A stretch of 49,272 nucleotides of DNA from Rotaria socialis. Taxonomy: Eukaryota. Every line of letters starts with the position of its first letter. The first letter of the stretch is position 1. Both the position numbers and the translations under genes were made by a program. The notes under the pieces were generated by a model. It ran no database searches, was not told where the DNA came from, and was given only the letters and a program-made list of their open reading frames with translations. The DNA lies in the NCBI GenBank assembly GCA_905331485.1, contig CAJNYT010000219.1:1-49272 (forward strand). Direction: 5' to 3'. Of the stretch, positions 1-7,575 are shown piece after piece.

Positions 1-618
1 TCGATATCTTTCTTATTTCTCAACTAATCGTTGAAAACGCAGAACAAAAAATGATCAGCGCAAAAATCTCTACAAGATGAAACCAATAAAACGGGATTTG
101 AAAACTTTTCTGTAAATGGTGGGAGGAAGCTGGTGGAAACACCCAGTTAGAATATAGAAAAATGCAATGATTAGAGAACAGTAAATGATTTACCATAAGG
201 ATGTAGGGGAAGATACAGAAATGTATGAAGTGCAACTAGTTCAAGTGGCTTTTTGTAACAGATGTTTTCAAAAAGAAAACTGCCAAATTTATTGATTTCT
301 TCGACTTGAAAAGCTAGTAGTTGTTGTACGTAACATTTGACTTTGTACATTTTACAGACAAAAGCACACGTTTTACCATCATAAAGAATCCATCGAATTT
401 TACCAATTATTGGTAGATTTGGAAATTTTTCTTTTGACACATTCAAGACTGTGCTTTGTGAATATTTATGACCACCAATAATTGCTTATATCAGCATATA
501 TCAGTTTCATTTTATAAATATATCTATGAAAAGAATCCACTCGAATATAAAGACATTGTCTATATATCTAATCATTTTAAAGGATGTCGGATATAAAAGA
601 ACAAAATTAAATATAAGC

Positions 619-675
619 AGCTTTTGTTAAATTATTTATTAAATGCCAAGATTTATTTTTCTGATCGATAGAATG
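619..675. repeat. 57-bp unit duplicated in direct orientation at 14473-14530
   Basis: agcttttgttaaattatttattaaatgccaagatttatttttctgatcgatagaatg recurs at 14473-14530 with one extra T. Similarity stops abruptly at both ends. Confidence 0.8.
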
Positions 676-740
676 TATCACTTTTCGTTGATACGACATT
701 TAATGATATTTTTCACTCATCAATATGCCCGAACGATAAT

Positions 741-1796
741 GTGAATGAAGAAGCATTCATTATTTCGTCTGATACAGATATGTTGATGAGAAACAGTTAT
801 CAAGAAGAGACGAATGCACACTGTTTCAATGCGGTACCACCGGAATCATCTATCTTTGAAAAAGATAAGATAACTGACAATTGCGAAGATCCTAATAGTG
901 AATGTACTGTCGATGAAGATTCATTTTTATTATCAATTGCTCGTTTCATATCATCACCTATGTTTTTAAATGATACAGACAGGTTGAGTGATGGATTGAA
1001 TAGCACAAATACTGATAAACCGAAATTGAGGCGTTCTAGAAAGTTTAATTCGCGATCTTATTACTATAAGCGGAAGGTTAGTTGTCACTTCAATCAATAA
1101 AACACATGTAACCATATTGATTTCATTAGATTACAAATGATATTCGAAGAAGATTATCAACATTATCTCATCGTAGCCAATCGGGCGCTGGAAGTCGTGG
1201 TTCAGCATGTCGTGAAGATGCTTAAAAATCACCGATAGATGAACTAATTACTTGGGTTACAGAACAAGTACAAGATAAACTTATTTCTTTGAATGAAATC
1301 AAAGACAAGTTAAGAAGTATTATATGTACCCATCACCAGAAAAAACTAGATGATATACAATTGAGAAGTGATTGGGTACAGCGACAGGTGCAAAAGTATT
1401 CGCCTGAGAAGTTTTGGTTCGGCAAGATTGCTAAGCGTCTTGGAACATATATTGGTCTAAATAACATCAATGATCATTTACAAAATAGTTTGTCATCGTC
1501 CTTTTCTTAGAATTTATCGCAATACAATTTTACGGCTACTACTGAACAAGATGATTTAATACAAAGTAACGGAAAGAAACAATTGTCTAGCACTATTTAC
1601 AGCAGTTACCACGTTGCGTGAGCAAATTCGAGAGAATAATCATCTGATTCAAGTCTTCCATAAAGAACCTGAGAATATTACTAATATGACGTCTGGCTTA
1701 TTGAATAGTCTTATTCCAATGTTGTTGAGAAATTTTATTGGTATGTTAACAGCAAGCAATCGCAAGTTTTCTAAAATAAAAAGTGAATATGTGTAA
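741..1796 (+). pseudogene. Chain of + strand ORFs with no recognisable domain, broken by stops and a frame change (possible decayed gene)
   Basis: ORF 741-1100 has a GTTAGT donor at 1077 and a TAG acceptor ending at 1129 (53-nt intron). This joins it in phase to an open frame 1130-1510. That frame carries an in-frame TAA at 1223-1225. The next ORF, 1614-1796, lies in another frame. Confidence 0.25.
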
Positions 1797-2172
1797 GATA
1801 CATATATATTCAAGCCATTACACTAAATATGAATATGTTGTTTTCTATTTTTAGATATTTAGATACATTTGATATTGATTTGTTTCGTTGTAGTGAAGAC
1901 TGGCTCAAAAATACTTCTATTTGCTATGACATCATTAATATTCAAAAGTACTGGTAGATAATACTAACTAAATACTTTACATACCCTCGACTCATGATTA
2001 AGTCAAGCGAATTCTTTTTTATTCTAATCGGATAGAGCCGATTACTGACTATTCAATCGACTGATACTACAAGATAATCATCTAGTATCTGAATTGATCT
2101 TATTCATGAAATGTGGCAAGCAGCACCAGTCACCAAAAATTGTCACAATGTCTTCTTTGATTCATGTTACTT

Positions 2173-2771
2173 ACGAGGGAGGATCACCAGCTGTTCAATC
2201 CCTTTTGCATTGAAACTATTTACATTATGTAGCTCCCAAGGAGTTATGGATACGCTGAAAATATTTTGGGCGGACAGTTTGTTGTTATGAAAATAGTCCA
2301 TCTTAAAGGTATGGTTTTTAATGAGTACCTGGACTCCCCTCAGGAACCTTGAAAAAAATTGATTTTTGAATTTCGACTTGAAACTTTACATAGAAATACA
2401 CCTCAACAAGAATAGTGTTTTGTGAATGTTTTTGGTCAGTGAATTTGTTTGTTTCATAAAATCTGCTACCTTATTTAAAAGATGTAAAATAAAAATTTCA
2501 TAATAGCTGTGTGTACTGATAGGATATCGTAGAATGGTCTGAAACGGCCACGAAACACTATTCTCGTTAAGGCATATTTCTATGTAAATTTTCAAGGTTC
2601 CTGAGCGGAGTTCAGGCACTCACTAAAAACCATACCTTACAAATGGGCTATTTTCGTAACAACAAGCCATCCACCCAAAATATTTTCAGTGTATCCATAA
2701 CTCCTTGGGAGCTACATAATGCAAATATTTTCAACGCAAAAGCGATTGAACAGTTGGTGACCTTCCCTCGT
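2173..2771. repeat. Fold-back (long imperfect inverted repeat), arms 2173-2424 and 2549-2771, loop about 124 bp
   Basis: The reverse complement of 2549-2771 aligns by eye with 2173-2424 at roughly 85 percent (for example gttcaatcccttttgcattgaaac / gttcaatcgcttttgcgttgaaaa, and tgtagctcccaaggagttatggatac in both). The left arm has an extra insertion of about 30 bp. Confidence 0.85.
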
Positions 2772-3267
2772 TAGATATAATTATTTTCTGTAACATAAAG
2801 TTAGACAAGTAAGTAATCATTCATAAGCAGTAACAAATTGTTTTCATGACACACTTGCCAAAAAAGTCCATAGTGGTCCATAGAGTATGATTAAAAAGAA
2901 TAAGTAAATGAGCATTAATTGAATACATGGATATCGACTATTATCTAGATGTGATACATATCGGATGATGCATAAAGAATTATTCCTGTTGTGTTTTTGG
3001 TATTTTTCCTGTATTATCCTGTTAAGTCAAAATTTCTTTTAATCAAAGATAACACTTGCAATTCTACAAAAAATTAAGTAGCCTATTTAATTAATATATA
3101 TATAGCTTCTTCCATTTTACTGGATTCACATCAATTGTACAGTTAGATCGAATATAAAATGTAAATTTCTTATTTTTCTCTTTTTCTCACGACAGACTAT
3201 ATTTCGTCTACCGATGTTGCCGTTGTGATAGCATGATCTCAATAGATAGCTTCAATCAATTAATTCT

Positions 3268-3328
3268 AGGGTATGCGTGTCGGTGTAGATGTTATTTAGT
3301 TATTTTTGCACAATCACACCCACACCCT
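3268..3328. repeat. Inverted telomeric-repeat junction (degenerate G-arm, spacer, C-arm)
   Basis: G-arm agggtatgcgtgtcggtgtag (3268-3288); C-arm cacacccacaccct (3315-3328). Confidence 0.7.
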
Positions 3329-3360
3329 CAAGAAGTTAAGAAAAAGATGTTTAATAATTT

Positions 3361-3555
3361 CTAAGTTTTGCTCGTCAAAGCTTTGCTCGCATGTTGAATG
3401 TTCTTCTTAACTTTAATGATTGCGTGATGATTGTCTTCAAATGTTTTGTGGTAAATAAGCAAAGCTTTTAAAAAACAATGGAAGGTTTGCGGATAGTTTC
3501 CAGTTGAAAAATGAATACTTCCTGTATTGTTGTAAATAAAATCAATAACAGGGCC
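3361..3555 (-). pseudogene. 3-prime terminal fragment (last 64 codons plus stop) of a TPR-protein gene, truncated at a telomeric tract
   Basis: The minus-strand translation VIDFIYNNTGSIHFSTGNYPQTFHCFLKALLIYHKTFEDNHHAIIKVKKNIQHASKAL aligns with the C-terminus of the ART-TPR protein at 25833-27707 (ATYNNIGSVYLCKGDYAKALENFEIALNIGLKSLPADHEHIQTYRENIKHAKERI). Upstream of this point the ORF is only a translation of the telomeric hairpin at 3559-3620. Confidence 0.7.
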
Positions 3556-3558
3556 TTG

Positions 3559-3620
3559 AGGGTGTGGGGTGTACATATATTTATCACCTATAAATACACA
3601 TCCACACCCACACCCACACC
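3559..3620. repeat. Inverted telomeric-repeat junction
   Basis: G-arm agggtgtggggtgt (3559-3572), 23-bp AT-rich spacer, C-arm acacatccacacccacacccacacc (3596-3620). Confidence 0.85.
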
Positions 3621-4127
3621 AACGATAAAAAAGGATATATAACTGTATAAATTTATCAAACAAGACTCGATGTAATACCATTTGTGTCTGAAACTGTTTT
3701 TACTTTTTTCAGAGAGCTCATATTCTAACCAAGTTTACCATTGTAAATGGTAATTAGCAACAAAGTTTAATAAGGTTATGCCATACATGGTTTTACTCAT
3801 CGATTCAAATAGTTCTCTCTCTCTCTCAAGTTAGATTAGGAAGTTCTTCTGATTAGAATTTGACTTTCTGCGTCGATTTGTACAAGCAGATTTTTCTATA
3901 GCACATAATTAGTTTCAAGTAGTACCGTTTGATCGCTCTTGGGTGTTCCTGTATTAATGGTTTTGAGCGGAACACAAATCAACATTCACATCTACAACCC
4001 ATTCGAAATATTTACAAGCCCTGTTGTTTTTTTTTGTGAAGTTTATAATAGAGGTCAATAACGACGAAAACATCACACACACAATCTTGTTTATTTAAAT
4101 CTTAATAATGTAGATTCTGGTGGGGGT

Positions 4128-4156
4128 TCTTTTCACGCATACCCTCCCCCCCCCCC
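4128..4156. repeat. G5 ... C11 homopolymer inverted pair (same G-first polarity as the telomeric junctions)
   Basis: ggtggggg ttcttttcacgcatacc ctccccccccccc. The C run of 11 is at 4146-4156. It is followed by (CT)n at about 4184-4200. Confidence 0.7.
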
Positions 4157-4279
4157 ACTAAACCCTAAATTTCTGTCTCCCCGTCTCTCTCTCTCTCTCT
4201 GTGTTGTCGATAAATCAATATGTAGTCTTGTTTTTAACAGTAGCATCCAGTCAAAACTAGTGTGATAGTATTTCGGTGA

Positions 4280-5362
4280 TCAAATTGATCTATCTATTAC
4301 TTGGTTGTTTCTTGGGCCTGTACCTATCAGCACCACAGGAATGCCTGTTTCACGTTCCATCATTTCTATATACTGCTTGGATTTTTCTGAAAGCTGATCA
4401 TATTGTGTGATACCAGCATCATCATAGTTGATATACTGTATGAAGTTAACTGCCAATTTGTTAACACCTGTCAGTTTCACTGCACGTTTGATACGATTCA
4501 CATCAATTTCAAATACCCGTCGTAATTTCTTAGTAACAGTTGTTAATTCTTTCGAAGAAAATGTCCCAATAGGGGCACCTGCTCGTTGTTCTACTTCTTC
4601 CCATGTGATTTCTTTTCCACCATCCCCTGAATATGCTTCACCTCCATCAGATTTAGCCATGTCATTAGAAATACGAATTGGATATGTACGAATGACACCA
4701 TAGATATCTCGAATATGTTTCGGAGGAATACCGTTATCTGAAAGTCCTTGCATTGGTGAACATTCTCTGCTGGTACAATGTGGATATTGAAAACCATGAT
4801 TAATACCTAATTCAAAACCTTGTGCTATTTCTAAAATACCTGTTTTTCCTTGTTCCAAATCATCGCAAGCCATTTCAGCTGTGTCTGCCAAAAAATTCGA
4901 CCACTCTCGAATGTCATGCATTAATTTATGATCTGGATGCCGCATTACTTTGAATGCACTAGCTGCACCAACACCTTTAAATGTACTTCCAGAGCGTATA
5001 TTCTCCTTTTCCCAATCACGATGTGTTTGTTGGATAACCGATGCTCTTGGATGAATAAAAAGACGGCCTTTTGCTTTTTCTTTGCCGCCAAGATACTGAT
5101 CAACTTCATTTTCAAGCTGTACCAAATCGATAACAGCGCCAGCACCTATATATAATTTCGTACTATCATTAATTAACGCTTGTGGCAACTGTTGGAAAAC
5201 ATATTTGGTGCCATCTTGTTTTATTACCGTATGACCTGCTTGTACACCATAGCTTTCAATAGCAAAATCATATTTGTGCTTTGTAGCTAAATATCCACCA
5301 ATAAGTCCTTTCCCGCACGATCCAAAGCAGAGATCAAGAATAATATCCAACGATCGTTCCAT
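4280..5362 (-). CDS. Adenylosuccinate synthetase family protein, short form (360 aa), PurA/PurZ-like, intronless
   Basis: Uninterrupted ATG..TGA ORF. By-eye alignment to E. coli PurA (query / PurA):
- LDLCFGSCGKG / LGTQWGDEGKGK (P-loop)
- QAGHT / NAGHT
- GSTFKGVG / GTTGRGIG
- EIAQGFELGINHGFQYPHCTS / [21 protein letters not shown]
- TTVTKKLRR / ATTGRRRR
- IGTGPR / ISTGPD
The P-loop Asp is replaced (GSCGKG). The TKLD guanine-specificity motif aligns to NFIQ. Confidence 0.85.
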   Translation of the reverse strand: MERSLDIILDLCFGSCGKGLIGGYLATKHKYDFAIESYGVQAGHTVIKQDGTKYVFQQLPQALINDSTKLYIGAGAVIDLVQLENEVDQYLGGKEKAKGRLFIHPRASVIQQTHRDWEKENIRSGSTFKGVGAASAFKVMRHPDHKLMHDIREWSNFLADTAEMACDDLEQGKTGILEIAQGFELGINHGFQYPHCTSRECSPMQGLSDNGIPPKHIRDIYGVIRTYPIRISNDMAKSDGGEAYSGDGGKEITWEEVEQRAGAPIGTFSSKELTTVTKKLRRVFEIDVNRIKRAVKLTGVNKLAVNFIQYINYDDAGITQYDQLSEKSKQYIEMMERETGIPVVLIGTGPRNNQVIDRSI

Positions 5363-5819
5363 CTGAATGCGTACCTAAAGTTGAACAAATATACATCATA
5401 TCATATAACAACAGCTATAGTGTTATTATGTGTGTACAATTGTTCTAAATAACAACGTATGATACAATACGAATGAATTCAAGTCGTAACCATTTTTCAT
5501 TATACAAAGCATTGATTGAGAGCTCTCATGTTAGTCATTTAAAAGTATCCAATTTAAAAAATAATGGTCTAAGATGATTACAAGGTAACTAAACAGATCT
5601 ATGTTTTTCTATAGGTTTCATAGGGCCTATTAGGATCTGCTAGAATCAAGCAGAGTCTAAAGGCTCGATTAAACTTCATAGAATCAACTAGCGCCCTCAT
5701 TATATGGATTCTATCTGAGGCTTTCGTGATCCCCTCACCCTAGAGATAATATATGTTGTCTTCTCTTCCATCCTCGTTCTGAAGAGTATTACAGACTCTA
5801 GCAAACCCTGTTAGATCCT

Positions 5820-5829
5820 GGGGGGGGGG
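5820..5829. repeat. G10 homopolymer, inverted partner of the C11 run at 4146-4156
   Basis: cctgggggggggga. Together with 4146-4156 it brackets the PurA-like ORF as 5-prime Cn ... Gn 3-prime. Confidence 0.7.
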
Positions 5830-6470
5830 ACTATTATGACTTATTACATAAATTATATAGAATAGAATTGTTATGGAGTTTATTTGTGCCATTCAGTGAA
5901 AACCAATCTAGAAGCTAATCCCATACGTCACAGCCATCTCATCAGTTTTAATCCAAACAGAAATAAAGCTAAGACGACGAATAATATGAAAACCACAAAG
6001 CTATTTGCATGTAAATATATTACTTTAGAAGCAGTCTCGCGCTTCCCATCTCTACTATGTTTAAAATTATGATATCATCTTTCCGCTGAAAGTTGTTTTG
6101 CAGATTTTTATTGATGCATTTCAAGCAAAAGAAACATTTTTTTTAAAAAGGAATACAAACTGGGTACTATGAAAAGAAAAGTAATCCTACATTTTCTTGT
6201 TATTTCTCGTAAATTCGTTTTGATAACTAGTGTTTTGTCTTCACCTAGCTTGTATCTTTGCTAGACGTTGACATACCTCTTCGTTTGTTCTTTCGGTAGG
6301 AAGCACCTTTATATATATATATAAGTCGATATCTTGGAAATTTTCAGTATATCTACAAAACAAGGGAAAAAATCATGGCTATAATATGGATGGTATTGGC
6401 CAGCCCAGTGCTGGATCAATGTTTATTTATTTTATTTCTTTATGTCACTCTCATCATAATCAATTAGGTA

Positions 6471-6850
6471 TCCGTATCACCAATATCAGTAACTTTATTT
6501 TTATATTTAATTAGACGGGCAATTTTCTTACTCATCGCATTTACCTATTCTTTTTCTTCTTCTCCATTAATAGACAAATATACTATATGTCTTTTACTTT
6601 TACTGACCGAAAACACAACACATGTAACATATGTTATTCGATGTCTATACAGATAATGAGGATAGAAATGCAAAAAAAAGAGAAAGAATTGGGGAATATA
6701 TGCTATCAATTGGGACACTTTCTCTTCTTTTCTCTAGTATATGTGTCTATTAATGGAGAACAAGAAAAATAATAGGTAAATACGATGAGTAAGAAAGTTG
6801 CACCATCATATTAAATAAGAACAAGAAAATTACTGATATAAGCGATACGG
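6471..6850. repeat. Fold-back inverted repeat, arms about 6471-6586 and 6735-6850, spacer about 148 bp, abutting the telomeric junction at 6864
   Basis: The reverse complement of the right arm (tccgtatcgcttatatcagtaatttt...cttactcatcgtatttacctattatttttcttgttctccattaatagacacatatacta) matches the left arm (tccgtatcaccaatatcagtaacttt...cttactcatcgcatttacctattctttttcttcttctccattaatagacaaatatacta). Confidence 0.8.
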
Positions 6851-6863
6851 ACATTTTATCACT

Positions 6864-6958
6864 GGGCGTGGGTGTGGGTGTGTGGATGAAGCAGAGAATA
6901 TGCAACACCCACACCCACACCCACACCCACACCCACACCCACACCCACACCCACACCC
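6864..6958. repeat. Inverted telomeric-repeat junction with the longest tract, (ACACCC)9
   Basis: G-arm gggcgtgggtgtgggtgtgtgga (6864-6886), 18-bp spacer, then nine perfect ACACCC units (6905-6958). Confidence 0.95.
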
Positions 6959-7575
6959 TGGTATTGCACGAAGTCTAGCACACTTCGAAACTTCTAAATG
7001 GTTTCACTCGTTAGTATGATTATAAATGCTTCTTTTGAAAGAGGTGAATAATAAACCCTTCTAATCAAAATATGATATTTACAACTCTAACTCTTAATTC
7101 TGTCTCATTTTTTTATGATGTACATTAAATAGATCAAAAAATGAGCATTGAAAAATATTTTAAAGACAAAAAGAAAATATTATTAAAATTCGAATAAAGA
7201 ACACTTGCCGAATTTAACCTTACAAATTCCACTGTTAAGCCACACATTTGCATTATGTTTGAAGAAAACAAATAAAATTTAAAATGAACATCTGGTTTAT
7301 TGAATATGTGAGTGAGAGAAAAGACAGCGCATAACTTATTTGTTAAACTGATAGATTGAAAAAAAAGAAAACCCTTAAAATGATCACTCTATCAATAAGT
7401 ATATGAATGCAGTGACGAATTCGAAAGTACCAAAAATTGGTAACATGCAGTAGAACGCATAGGCGCAGAAATTATTCAAAAATTGGATAGTCACTACATA
7501 ACAATTTTCGGGATTATATGCAAGCAGGTAACACAAAATATAAACATATCGTAAATTAAAAACACTAATAATAAA

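Noticed and set aside
2386-2619. ORF across the loop of the 2173-2771 fold-back. The same applies to 19205-19399, 19300-19482, 40174-40437, 40328-40540 and 6587-6772.
   Set aside because: All lie within palindrome arms or loops, occur as mirror-image pairs, and show no homology. They are artefacts of the inverted repeats.
4163-4168. CCCTAA (TTAGGG-type telomere unit) next to the C11 run
   Set aside because: It is a single unit only, so it is expected by chance.
4428-5155. Four ORFs (4428-4703, 4591-4797, 4928-5155, 4945-5145) inside the PurA-like gene
   Set aside because: They are alternative-frame or antisense ORFs nested in a 360-codon ORF with clear family motifs. They have no motifs of their own.
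6750-6956. ORF translating to MWVWVWVWVWVWVWVWV...
   Set aside because: It is only a read-through of the (ACACCC)9 telomeric tract and the adjacent fold-back arm. It is not coding.
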